A DNA stretch of 64,000 bases from the human T2T-CHM13v2.0 reference genome, Homo sapiens, in NCBI RefSeq assembly GCF_009914755.1, contig NC_060932.1. One strand, 5' to 3'. The notes under the pieces were generated by a model that ran no database searches, had not been told where the DNA came from, and was given only the letters and a program-made list of their open reading frames with translations. Below are positions 33,448-48,564 of this stretch, in pieces. Each line of letters opens with the position of its first letter. Position 1 is the first letter of the stretch. A program made the position numbers and the translations under genes.

Positions 33448-34349
33448 AGAGATGTCTCAGATCATTAGAACAAACTTCAGAAAAATCACGTATGCACGTT
33501 TCTATACGTTAAAAAAAAAAAAAAATCAGAACCGTCTTCTCGGCAATAGGAAATTAGGCTGTTAGTGAGAGACCGCCCCCAGATGATGACCAATGAAACC
33601 ATCATTAATGCCATTTATGCTGGAACAAAGAGGTGGATTGGGTTGTTAAGGAAACGTGGCACACCCTCCTCGGGGTAGAAAGAAAATAGGGAGGTATCAA
33701 ATGATTTCTCATCACCTGCAAACTCATGTGGCTCTCCTACAGCTGATAGCAAAGTCACTGCTTTTGAATTTCATTTTATTTAAATTATTTGGTTTGCCTG
33801 TGCTTGGTATCTCTGCCTATCCCTTAAGTTTCAAATTTTCTGTCAAAAGTTTTACATGTGTGTCTTGTAGGAAGCATATAGTTTGGTATTATGTCTTAAT
33901 CCGTTCTGAGAGTCCTTATCATCTAATACTGGTGTTCAATCCGTTCACATTTCTCCCTGTATCTCATGGATTTGATTTCACATCTTCTTATTACTTTGCA
34001 TTTTACTATTTATTATACCTATTGTTGTTCATGCTTTTCTCCTTTTCACATTTCTTCCAGATTAATCAGGACATTAATTTAAAAAACTCTCTGTGTCCTC
34101 CTTCTAAAATATAAAGCAATACAAATTTTACTATATATCTTCTATATTTTAACTCATAGGGTTAGAAGTCTCTGTGAATATGTGACTATACTAAAACAGT
34201 CACTCTGACTCTCTAAAGATTCATCATCATTCCTACTCCCCACCAACTAAGACATTGAGAAGACATTCACTTTCCCCATGGGTCTCCCATTCCTAACCTC
34301 TATATTTTATTAATGAAGTTAAGAATTGAGTTATGGATAATTTTTATAA

Positions 34350-35370
<1,021 letters not shown>

Positions 35371-35603
35371 GATAATTTTAATTGTTTCTGATATTTATCT
35401 GATGTGAATGTAGCCATTCTAGCTTTCTTTTAATTAGTATTTGCATAATGTATGCTTTCCATCCTTTCATTACATTTATCACATTTTAAAATATCAATGT
35501 CATTGCATTTAAAGTGGATTACTTACAGAAGGCATATAGTTGGGTCTTTTTGTAAAATGCATGTTTATAAATTTCTGTCTTTTAATTAGTTTGTTTAGAT
35601 CAC

Positions 35604-35940
35604 ATCTTAGTCTGCTGGGTTTTTATAACAAAACACCATAAACTAGGTGGCTTATAAACAACATAAATTTATTCTTCAGAGTTCTAGTGGCTGGGAAGTC
35701 CAAGATCCAGGTGCTGGCAGATGCAAAGTGTGGTGAGAGCCCACTTTCTGGCTCACATGGTGGGAGGGGCAGGGCAGTTCTCTGGGACCTCTTTTATAAG
35801 GGTATTAATCCCATTCATGAGGGCTCTGGTCTTCATGACCTAATCACCTTCCAAAGGCCCCGTCTCCTAATATCATGACTTTGGTGATTGAGGCTCAACA
35901 TATTAATTTTGGGGAGATGCAAACATTCAGATTGTAACCA
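35604..35940 (-). mobile_element. MLT1A/MST-type MaLR solo LTR within an old L1 remnant
   Basis: ggctgggaagtccaagatccagg, ttttataagggtattaatcccattcatgagggc. Confidence 0.85.
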
Positions 35941-36039
35941 ATTAGTATAATTTAATGTAATTATTTAAATGGTTAAACTTAGGTCTATCATTTTATTATT
36001 TGTTTCTGTTTGCTTTATACGAAAAAAAGAAAAAACAAA

Positions 36040-36960
<921 letters not shown>

Positions 36961-37147
36961 GTTTTTCTTTTCATATTCATTTTTAAATTTTCATTCATTT
37001 TTATTGTAGTGCTTAAAAATATTACAAGATTAGAACAAATCTTTTTTCAAGTCAGTCTTGGAGTATACAAAAATATTAGTCATCTCTCTACCTTCTAATA
37101 CCACATAGCGAAGAATGGATGTTAACAGCTGATGCATCTTTTTACAT

Positions 37148-37312
37148 TTCTTTAAACTTTTATTTTAGATTCAAGGGTATATGTGCAGGTTTGTTACATA
37201 GGTAAACTCATGTCATGGGGGTTTGGGGTACAGATTATTTTGTCACCCAGGTACTAAGTATAGTACCCAATGGTTATTTTTCCTGATCCTTTCCCTCTTC
37301 CCACCCTTCACC
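37148..37312 (-). mobile_element. L1PA (about PA13) 3'-terminal fragment
   Basis: aacttttattttagattcaagggtatatgtgcaggtttgttacataggtaaactc. Confidence 0.8.
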
Positions 37313-37721
37313 ACCAACATGCTTTCATGTCATGACCATAGCGAAAGGTGCACATAGAGAAAGTATCATTCCCTCCCAGGTTCCTCCTATCCATTTCCTG
37401 CTCTCCTCCACTCCTTGTAGGAAATCCACTTCTTTGATATCTGGTTTATCTTTCCTGCATTTCTTTTTATAAAGATAAGTAGAGAAATGTATGTGTTCTT
37501 ATTTTTCTTTCTTCTTACATGAAGGTAACATAAATATATGTTTGTTTGCAGTTTGATTATTTTTCACTTACAGTAATAATGTCACCAATTCCAGGTCATT
37601 AAAATTTTTTCCTTATAAGATATTTATTTTTCTGTTTCAAAAGCATTTATTATCACTCAGAGTTTACAATTATATTATTTGGGATATAACTGTAGGAAAG
37701 TGTCAGATAGGAAAATTGTTT

Positions 37722-37990
37722 CTTTTTTCTCTTTTTTTTTTTTTTTTTTTTGAGATAGGGTCTCGCTCTATTGCCAAAGCTGAAGTACAGTGGCATGACC
37801 CTGGCTCACTGCAACCTCCACCTCCCAAGCTCAAGCCTCATGCCTCAGCTTCCCAAGTAGCTGGAACTACAGGTGCACACCAACATGTTGGCTAATTTTT
37901 GTATTTTTTGTAGAGATGGGGTTTCACCATGTTGGCCAGGCTGGTCTCAAACTCCTGGCCATAAGTGATATGGCTGCCTCAGCCTCCCAA
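37722..37990 (-). mobile_element. Alu, 5'-truncated
   Basis: Alu dimer lacking ~35 bp at its 5' end. Confidence 0.9.
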
Positions 37991-38574
37991 AAAGGAACAA
38001 TTAACACTTGTGTGATGAGGTAGGACCCACAAGGAGAGTACAGACGCCTAGGTGTGCCACAGCAGAGACTTCACTCCAGAGTGTGATGGAACAGAGTGCG
38101 GGAGAGGCTGCCAAAATTGGGAAGGAGAGAGCAGTGGAGAGTAGTCAACTTAAGAGGCTCAATGGCCTTCTTGAGAGGCACATGGCCAGCCCGGGAGACT
38201 TTGCCAGATGGTGAATGAAGACTCTGACCTCACTCTTCCCTTCCTTGAGACTCCTGATGGGGCTCCTCAGTGTCTGAACCTAGTGGTAGCCAGAGGACAC
38301 AGGGCCTCATTGAAGAGTCCATGTCTGTCAGTCTCCCAGGCAGGGCGGGGAAGACAGAAGGTGACCTTCACACACTTTTGCAGTATCTAATGAAACTGTA
38401 CTTTTTACAAGAATATATATTCCATTCCCAATATTCTGTATTCTTATTTTGCTTCCCTGTCATTAAATCTTAGAATTGAATTAATCTTTACTTTCTTTTT
38501 GAGCATTTTGTGATTTTCTTTGTAGTGGTACAACAATGATCAACTTCTGAATTCTTGAAAGTCTAAAAATATCC

Positions 38575-38993
<419 letters not shown>

Positions 38994-39063
38994 TGAGAAG
39001 TTTGGTGCTAGCCTGGATTCTCTTCCTATTCAAGAACTCGTTTTGTCTGTCTAACATGTTGTA

Positions 39064-39399
39064 CAGCTTGAGGGTCCCTAATCCGAGTATGCAAAATCTG
39101 AAAGGCTCCAATATCTGAAACTTTTTGAGTACCAACATGACTCCACAAGTAAAAAATTCCACACCTGACCTCATGTACAGAAAGTTTGTTTCAAGTACAA
39201 AGTTGTTAAAATAATGTATAAAATTACCTTCAGGCTATGTGTATCAGGTGTATATGAAACGTAAATGAATTTCATGTTTAGACTTGGTACCATCTCCAGG
39301 ATATCTCATTATGCATATGCAAATATTCCAAAATCGGAAAAGATCAGAGATCTGAAACATTTCTGGTCCAAGCATTTAGGATTAGAGATACTCAATCTG
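39064..39399. mobile_element. Tigger4/MER46-type Tc1-mariner MITE
   Basis: TIR cagcttgagggtccctaatcc ... ggattagagatactcaatctg, TA at left. Confidence 0.8.
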
Positions 39400-39530
39400 T
39401 GTTTTCTCCATCCTCGGGGTTCAGAAATTTCAGTGATGTATGGCCGAGGATATCCAATCTCATTCATTTTGCTTGGGAATTAATGAACACTTTCTAACAG
39501 GAAACAAGTCTCTTCAGCTCAGGGAAGTTT

Positions 39531-39599
39531 TTCCTTCCTTCCTTCCTTCCTTCCTCCCTCCCCCCCTCCCTCCCTCCCTCCCTTCCTTCCTTTCTTTCT

Positions 39600-39620
<21 letters not shown>
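39531..39620. repeat. Pure polypyrimidine tract (TTCC)n/(CCCT)n/(TTTC)n
   Basis: ~90 bp with no purines, derived from an Alu tail. Confidence 0.9.
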
Positions 39621-39902
<282 letters not shown>

Positions 39903-40204
39903 TTTTTTTTTTTTTTTTTTTTGAGATGGAATCTCGCTCTGTCACCCAAGCTGGAGTGCAGTGGCACCATATTGGCTCACTGCAACGTCTGTCTCCCGAG
40001 TTCAAGCGATTCTCATGCCTCAGCTTCCTGAGTAGCTGGGATTACAGGTGCCTGCCACCAAACCCATCTAATTTTTGTATTTTTAGTAGAGACGGGGTTT
40101 TGTTATACTGGCCAGGCTAGTTTCAAACTCCTGACCTCAGGTGATCCGCCCGCCTCGTCCTCCCAAATTGCTGGGATTACAGGCATGAACCACCACACCC
40201 GGCC
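39903..40204 (-). mobile_element. Alu (S-type)
   Basis: Alu dimer with poly(T). Confidence 0.95.
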
Positions 40205-41174
40205 TCAGGGAAGTTTTCTTATGTATACATATGTGAACATTACCATTTCCTCATCAAGTGCTTTTTGTCCCTCTGAAACTGCTATTATTCGCAAAATTAA
40301 ACTCCAGGCTAGGCTCTCCATTCTTATCTCTTCTTTCATATTTTCTGTTTGCTTGTATTTTATTTGGTGTTCTCAGCTCTTTCTTCCATTTCTCCTCCCC
40401 AAATCACAGTTCATTTATCAATATTTTTCGTGTCCTTTCCATTAAGTGTATAAATCTGTAAATCATACTTTGAATTTCTGAACATCTTATTTTTGCTCCC
40501 ATTACATCTCCTAAGTGTTCTCTAATGTTTTTTTTATCAACTTTCTCTCCTGTCTTATCAGTGAGTTCTGCCTCAGTAGAAACCACCTGTCTACCCTGGC
40601 CAGGCATCCTACCTGTGAGGCAGGTACTTCTTCAGTGTCTGCCTGTTCGTGAAGGTGGGCTCCCTCAGTCACCACAAAAGTCAGGATTTTGAAGAACAAT
40701 GGCAAACGCTGGACTGGCAGGAAATGATGAATGAGATGGCAGATTGGTTTTATGGTGGACGAGAGGAGGCCTTATTATTTTGAGGGTGAAGAGAGGTGCA
40801 AGTTATGGGGCAAAGCTCAAGGGAGAGAAGAAAAGGCACTTACAACCATAGAGCCTTGGAACAAGTCATTTCTCAGCTGTCGCTCAGCCCAGGTTCTTCA
40901 GTCTCCCAAAAGATCACGTTCAGCAAACATGCAGAGTACCAAAAAAGGGACCCAGTAGAGTCTCTCAGTTGGACTTCAGCATTTGCAGCCTGTACCTTGG
41001 AGGTTCCCTGCTGGGGAGCAAAACCCATCTCATTAGCCTAGGCTTTCTGCTTTCCACATAGCATGTCAAGCTGTGAGTCTCTGCACCTGTCCATCCTCTG
41101 GAGAATTCAGTCCTCAGGTGCACTCAAGAATCCCTTTGGAGATCTGTGCTGCGCAAAGAGGGGACACGGGTCAA

Positions 41175-41295
41175 TGGCATTAGCCTTACGTTGGAGTTTG
41201 TTAGAAATGCAGAAACTCATGCCTCACCCCAGATCTATTCAAAGGAATGTACATAGTAACAAGATCCCCAGATCATTTGTGTGCACCTTAAAGCA
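41175..41295. mobile_element. MER5A-type fragment
   Basis: gagtttgttagaaatgcagaa...aacaagatccccagatcatt. Confidence 0.55.
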
Positions 41296-41407
41296 TAACA
41301 AATGCATGCCCTTGGCCACTGCCCGCAGCCACGGGCACCTGCTGGCATGTCACCCTTATCTCAATTGTTGGGTAGTGCTTGCAAAAAGGTGGGAGGATGA
41401 AAGGTCA

Positions 41408-41878
<471 letters not shown>

Positions 41879-42165
41879 CTAAGAAACTTAACAAAAATCA
41901 TACAGCTAACAAGGAGCAGAGCAAGAAATAGAATTCCAGTCTCTTAATTTCTTGGCTGCTGCTTTCTTTTCCCATTTATTGCCTAGATCTTATTGGGGAA
42001 TAATTTCTGTTGTTCCATAAACAAATGAACATTAATCTTCAAATATTAGCAGGACAAACCTAAATAAGAAGCAAATTGGTAAAAACAAAAACAGCAACAA
42101 TCACAAAAAAAAAGAAAAGAGAGAAAGAAGAGAGAGAATCTGTTAAATAAAGTAGCAAGCTACAC

Positions 42166-42555
42166 TTTTTAAATTTAACTTTTATTTTCAGGTCGGGGTA
42201 GATGTGCAGGTTTGCTATATAGGTGAACTCACGTCATGGGAGTTTGTTGTACAGATTATTTCATCACCCAGGTATTAAGCCTAGTTCCCATTAGTTATTT
42301 TTCCTGATCCTCTCCCTCCTCCCACCCTCCACCCTCAACCAGGCTCCAGTGTTTGTTGTTCCCCTACTTAAGTCCATGTGTTCTCATCATTTGGCCCCCA
42401 CTTATAAGTGAGAACATGCGGTATTTGGTTTTCTGTTTCTGCAAAAGATAAAGGCAGTTTCTGTTAATTTGAAAAGGATAATGGCCTCTAGCTCCATCCA
42501 TGTTCCTGCAAAGGACATGATCTCATTCTTTTTAATGGCTGCATAGTATTCCATG
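42166..42555 (-). mobile_element. L1PA (about PA11-13) 3' end
   Basis: gtacagattatttcatcacccaggtattaagcctag...ggctgcatagtattccatg. Confidence 0.85.
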
Positions 42556-42992
42556 CTTTACATGTATAAAACAGATGGACTCTTTCAAAGTGACTCAGTT
42601 TGCCATATTGCCAAACAAATAGCTGAGAAAATTCACACAGATTTGACTTACTTCATAAACAATCCTCTGTGGCATGTTTCTTTTTTCTTTCAAATTGCTG
42701 CTTAAATTTCATCTTGTTCGTGAAATCTTTTCAGGCTAGTATCTCCTGGCACATCATCATTCAACATTCATTCTCTTTAGTTGTTTGATGCACACACCCA
42801 CACAGCTCTCTGCTATCCAGAATGAAAGAGTATAAAGTATTGGTGAATTGACTCATAGATGGAGATTAATATACTGAACATACATAAATCAGCAAATTTC
42901 ACAGGTAGAAAACAAAATATAACACTAAATAAAAACATTTGTGTAGCAATTTGCCTCATCTATTTTGTTATTTTATTTTTGTTTGCTATTTG

Positions 42993-43274
42993 CTTTTTTT
43001 TTGTTTTTGTTTTTGATGGAGTTTTGTTCTTGTTGCCCAGGCTGGAGTGCAATGGCATGATCTCGGCTCATCACAACCTCTGCCTCCTGGGTTCAAGCAA
43101 TTCTCCTGCCTCAGGCTCCTGAGTAGCTAGGATTACAGGCATGTGCCACCACACCCAGCTAATTTTGTATTTTTAGTAGAGAAGGGATTTCTCCATGTTG
43201 GTCAGGCTGGTCTCAAACTCCTAACCTCAGGTGATCTGCCTGCCTTGGTGTCTCAAAGTGCTGGGATTACAGGC
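42993..43274 (-). mobile_element. Alu (S-type)
   Basis: Alu dimer; TSD tgctatttgcttttt. Confidence 0.95.
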
Positions 43275-43284
43275 ATGAGCCACT

Positions 43285-43692
43285 GTGCCCGGCCCTGCTA
43301 TTTGCTTTTTATTTTATTCATACATAATATATGTACTTATTTTCAGGGTACATGTGATATTTTGATACATTCATATAGTGTGAAAGATCAAATCAGGGTA
43401 ATTGGGTTATCCATCATCTTAAGTGCTTATCTTTTTTTATGCTAGGAACATTTGAATTACTGTCTTCTAGCTGTTTTGAAATATACACTAGATTAGTGTT
43501 AACTATAGTCCCCTGCCGATCTATTAAACACCAGCTCTTATTACTTCTATCTAACTGTATTAATGTATCCACTAATCAACCTCTTTTCATGCCCCCTCCT
43601 CTTCCTGGCCTCTGGAAACCACTAGTCTACTCTTTATCTTCATGGGATCTGCCTTTTTAGCTCCCATAGATGAATGAGAACACGCAACATTT
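43285..43692 (-). mobile_element. L1MA-type 3' end
   Basis: gggtacatgtgatattttgataca...gatcaaatcagggtaattggg. Confidence 0.8.
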
Positions 43693-44103
43693 GTTAAATG
43701 TTCATTTATATGGTTTCAGAGGTTCATATGTGTCCTTAGCTAAATTCCAAGCTGTACATGTATAGGGTGGGATTTCATGAGGCCAGGCAAAGAATGACTA
43801 CTGAAGAGTTATAAGATAAACAACTCATGGATCTTAACAGGTTTCAGAGACGTTTGAGTTCTGAGCCATTACTGAACACCTGGGATATTTTGTAGGTTCC
43901 CGGAAGCCTACTGGCTCTAGAATAAAGGCTTAAGAATTATTAAGGCCTGGGCCCATTGGTGTATGCCTGTAGTCTCAGCTGTTTGAGAGGCTGAGGCCGG
44001 AGGACAGCATGAGCCCTATAGTTCTAGGCTATGGTGAGCTATGATCATGCATTGCAACTAATCATTAGAAAATTACCACTTCTTGGATTTTGGTGTTAGT
44101 ATC

Positions 44104-44880
44104 TACATAAATTTCCTAGGGCCGACATAACACACTATCACAAATTGGATGGCTTGGCAGAACAGAAATGTATTGGCTTACAGTTCTGGAGGTTAGACGT
44201 TTGAAATCCAGGTGTCAATGGGTCTGGACTCTCTGGGAAGCCTCTAGGGAAGGATGTTCCTTTTGCCACCACAGCTCCTGGTAGCCCCACACCTTCTTTG
44301 GCTTATGGATAATCCTGCCCTCGACCTCCCTCCATCTTTCCATGGCCTTCTCTCTATGTCTCCTCACATTGGTTTCCTTCACAGATAGGTATGTGTCTGT
44401 GTCCAAATTTCCCCTTTTCTTTCTTTTTCTGAGATGGAGTTTCACTCTTATTGGCCAGGCTGGAGTGCAATGGCTCGATCTTGGCTCACCACAACCTCCG
44501 CCTCCTGGGTTCAAGTTCCTCTGCTGCCTGAGCCTCCCAAGTACCTGGGATTACAGGCATGCACAAGCACGCCCAGCTAAGTTTTGTACTTTTAGTAGAG
44601 ATGGGGTTTCTCCATGTCGGCCAGGCTGGTCTCAAAATCCCAACCTCAGGTGATCCACCCGCCTCGGCCTCCCAAAGTGCTAGGATTATAGCCATAAGCC
44701 AACATGCCCGGCCCAAATTTCCCCTTTTCATAAGGACATTGGACATCTTGGATTAGGCCACATTCTATGAATTTGGTTAAATTTGCAAAGACCCTATTTC
44801 CAAATAAGGTCATGTATTGAGGTACTGGGAGTTAGGATTTCAACATATCCTTTTTAGGGGACATAAATGAACCCATAACA
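44104..44880 (-). mobile_element. MLT1-type MaLR solo LTR interrupted by an Alu
   Basis: aacagaaatgtattggcttacagttctggagg...tgcaaagaccctatttccaaataaggtca...cccataaca. Confidence 0.85.
44415..44714 (-). mobile_element. Alu (S-type)
   Basis: Perfect TSD aaatttccccttttc. Confidence 0.95.
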
Positions 44881-45301
44881 GCACCAAAGAAGAATATCAG
44901 CAATTATCTGAAAGGGCTATTGAAATACTTTTTCCACGGCCAACTGCATATCTGTGTAAGGCCAGATTTTCTTTGTATACTGGAACCAAAACAACACACT
45001 AATAGATGGAATGCAAACGCACAGGAGAGTGCAGCTGTCTTCTATTAATGTCATTAAAGAGGCTTTCAGAATGTAAAACAATACTACTGTTGTCATTAGT
45101 TTTTTATTTTGGAAAATGTGATTATTCATAAAAATGTGTTATATATGTTAACATGTAATCAGTTTATTATTGCTATTTTAATTGAATTAATAAATAAATA
45201 TTCTTTACCATTCTTAGCTTTAATTTAGGATACAGTAAGTATTGATAGATTTAGGTAGATATTCATAAACAAAAGTTCTTGGTGGAGGGGGATCCTAAAA
45301 A

Positions 45302-45481
45302 TTTTTTTTGTTTGTTTTTTTTTGTTTTTTTTTAGAGACAGTCTATGTTGCTGAGGCTGGAGTGCAGTGACTATTCCCAGGCATGATCATAGCTCACTAC
45401 AGCCTAGAACTACAGGGCTCAAGCCATCTTCCTGCCTCAGCCTTTCAAGTAGCTGTGACTACAGGTGAACACTTTAGAGCC
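45302..45481 (-). mobile_element. FAM (fossil Alu monomer)
   Basis: gagtgcagtgactattcccaggcatgatc 7SL-type segment, poly(T) tail. Confidence 0.8.
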
Positions 45482-45701
45482 AGAAGCCTTTTGGGCCCCT
45501 GTGAAATATCTCAGGTGTTCAATAACTGCTTAGAACTTAGATGTCTGAAACCTGTCAAAATCTATGAATTGTTGATAACTCTTCGGTAGTCATTCTTTCC
45601 CTGGTCTCGTGAAATCTCACCCTATACATGCACACCTTGGGATTTAGCCAAAGATACAAACAAACTCCTGTAAAGATTTTGTAAACTCTTTTATGTAGCT
45701 C

Positions 45702-46015
<314 letters not shown>

Positions 46016-46340
46016 AGCTCTCTTCTCTTTAGTGCTCTGCCTCTCAAGTTCCAGCTGCTTCAGGCTGCCCAAATTCTGATCTCTGTGTATCTCTGTCTCC
46101 TTAATTATATGAGACTACTGTGTTCCTCCTCTATTGCCAGGTTTGGCAAATGCCTCCAGATGGAAACTCATGGTGATTGTTTTCTTTCTTTGGGGGATTA
46201 ATCTCCCTGAAAACAATTTTTTCATGGGAAGTTGACCAGTTTTCTAGGTGTTTATTTAGAGGGAGAGGGTTGGTTCCCTGCCAGTTCCTCTGTCATACCC
46301 GTGACCCTATGCCTTTTATAACAACAGCTCTTAATTCATC

Positions 46341-46589
46341 TTTTTTTTTTTAAGTTCTGGGGAACATGTGCAGAACATGCAGGTTTATTACATACGTATA
46401 CATGTGTCATGGTCATTTGCTGCACCTATCAATCCGTCATCTAGGTTTTAAGCCCTGCATGCATTAAGTATTTGCCCTAATACTCTCTCTCCCCATTCCC
46501 CTTCACCCCCAACAGGCCCCGGTGGGTGATGTTCCCCTCCCTGTGTCCATGTGTTCTCATTGTTCAACTGCCACTTATGAGTTAGAACA
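46341..46589 (-). mobile_element. Short L1PA8-like 3' end insertion
   Basis: L1PA 3' UTR; perfect 16-bp TSD tcttaattcatctttt (46329-46344 / 46590-46605) with a canonical TT/AAAA site. Confidence 0.9.
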
Positions 46590-46667
46590 TCTTAATTCAT
46601 CTTTTAAACATTTTGAATTTCTTTTCGTAACTACTTTCAGATTACCCAGAGCTCCTAGGGAAACTGA

Positions 46668-47550
46668 GCCCGCACCTCGCGCGCCTCTCTGCTACTCCCA
46701 GCGAGCGCAGCTGCAGCCCGGAGACGCCGGTATCCAGCGCCAGGTCTTCCACGCCCGACCCCTCCCGGGTCTGGGGCGCTGGACACCCGTCCTCCTCCTT
46801 TCGCCGGGATTGGCCACGCTGGTAGCGTCGCGGTGTCCAGGTCAGGTGAGTGGGTCGGGCTGCCAAGGGCGCCCAGAGAGAGGACTGCTCTGCAGGGCGC
46901 AGGCGTCGCGTGTCGCCGAGGGGCGCGGCAGGGGCCGGCGGCTGGGGCTCCCTCGCGGGGTGTGTCCTGTCCCATGCTGCAGCGTCGGGTTGTCCAGGAT
47001 CTAGCAGGGCGTGGCTGGGCCTTCTGCAGGGGCCGCCGTCCATGCCCCGGGCTCGGACCACCTGCTTCTCGGCCCTTTACAGACCTCCCAGTGGCTGGGA
47101 GGGGAGGTGGGCTCAGCGGACAAATTCAGTGTCTTTCCGTTTTTGCACCCTCAAACAGGTGGGAGAAGAGGTCCGCTCCAAACCTGAGAGCGGGCCGCAC
47201 CCTCCCACCTGGGCTCTTCCTTCTAACGTCGGGGCCGAGTGGGATTCGCTTTCGCCTAGATCTCGGTGGGTCGGGCCCCGCGCCCCGGGTTTTACAGGCA
47301 GCAGGTTTAGCCTCCTGGAGACGCCGGACCTCGCAGACAGGTGCCCAACTCCAGAAACAGCCCAGAGGAAAGGGTGTTGGGGGCTTGAGGTGCATTTAGG
47401 AAGACACTTTCTGGAGGCACTTATTGACACCGTTCAGGTGTAGGCAGACCCCAAAGCAGGGGTGAGATGAGTGCCGGTTCCAGGGTGACCCAGACACGCA
47501 CAGTTCCCGAAGGGTGAAGGCGGTGCCTGGAGATATAGCCCGGCGCCCAG
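46668..47550 (+). promoter_or_regulatory. CpG island / promoter, putative 5' end of the fossil LRP-family gene
   Basis: Abrupt GC- and CpG-rich unique ~0.9 kb; consensus donor CAG|GTGAGT at 46845/46846 indicates + orientation. Confidence 0.85.
46771..46845 (+). pseudogene. Putative exon 1: signal-peptide-like segment with CTG in place of ATG
   Basis: CTG GGG CGC TGG... = (L)GRWTPVLLLSPGLATLVASRCPG; G at -3 and +4; phase-1 donor CCAG|GTCAGG (46840) or phase-0 CAG|GTGAGT (46845). Confidence 0.45.
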
Positions 47551-48564
47551 CACTTGTTAAACCACCTGGCCAGGCAGGTGCTCCTGGTTAGCCCCCTATG
47601 ATTGGAAAGTCGATTTTAAGCCATTTTAACTTATGCAGACTCTTTCTTGGTCAAGATACTGTGAACCAGTTTGGAGGGGGCGCCACTTAGCATCTGAGTT
47701 GCATCTCTTTCAGGAAGGATTCTAACCCTCCGATTTTGCTTCAGAATTTTTGCCAAACCGGGTCCAGCCTCTCTGTTGAAGCTGATCTGCCCACACCAGT
47801 TCTGAAACAGGAGTCAATGTTACTTACCTTTCTTGCTTCTACCAAGCAGTGATTTCTAACACCTTCTAGTGTGAAGACACCTTTATGATGTCTGTTTTAG
47901 AACGGCACGTAGTCATTGTACTTGGTATAGTGACAGACTATGAGAAAGCTACCAGGAATTTAATATGAAAATAAATACATTCATAAATAAATTGCTTATG
48001 TATTCACAACAAGCATTTCCTTAAATTTGGAAAGTAAGGTTTGAGACTCATCTGCAGATAATGTGTAGAATCCACATGCACTTTTGGTCCCTGGACCAAG
48101 AATCATCATTGTTCAAGTTGTCACTCACCTGATGTGAGTCTTTGAGGGCTGACTGCAACCTTGTGATCCTTCTGGGAGAATCTGTGGGAAGAGGGAGCAA
48201 AAGAGTTACTAGTTTATGAGCATTTATGTGGTGGGTATTGTGCCGAGCGGTTTTGTGCTCACTTAATTCCTGAACCTTCGTAGCGTCACTTATTTACTAC
48301 CCGCATTTTATGAACAAGAAAACTGAAGTCCAGAGAGAGGAAGGAACTCTCCCAAGGTCGCGCTTCTAGTAAGTGATCCAACTGAAACTTCAACCCAAGT
48401 AGCCTGTTGACTGAGCCTGAGCTCCCATGTTAGTTACTGACATCGACTACTCTCAGTTTAATAGTTTTCTTCAAGTCATGTGAGGTACAGATAGAATGTG
48501 AGTAGACAGCAAAGTTGTTAGCTATCCATTAAAAACTAATATTGCCTCAGTATTTTATTTTTAA

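Larger units (their letters stand above)
44060..45540 (+). mobile_element. Charlie1-type hAT transposon 3' remnant containing nested MLT1, Alu and FAM
   Basis: 44886-44999 translates KEEYQQLSERAIEILFPRPTAYLCKARFSLYTGTKTTH*, resembling the hAT transposase C-terminal dimerisation region. Confidence 0.75.

Noticed and set aside
38008-38214. Cys-containing reading ECDGTECGRGCQNW and a nearby donor-like site
   Set aside because: Cysteine spacing does not fit LDLa or EGF, no DxSDE motif, and it lies upstream of the putative promoter.
46522-47443. Overlapping 89-197 aa ORFs on both strands
   Set aside because: Expected from stop-codon depletion in a CpG island; Pro/Arg/Gly-rich with no recognisable domain. 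Only the short signal-peptide-like stretch is retained as a hypothesis.
46668-47550. Assigning a known gene symbol to the CpG-island promoter or pseudogene
   Set aside because: I do not recognise the sequence well enough to name it; it needs a genome search.
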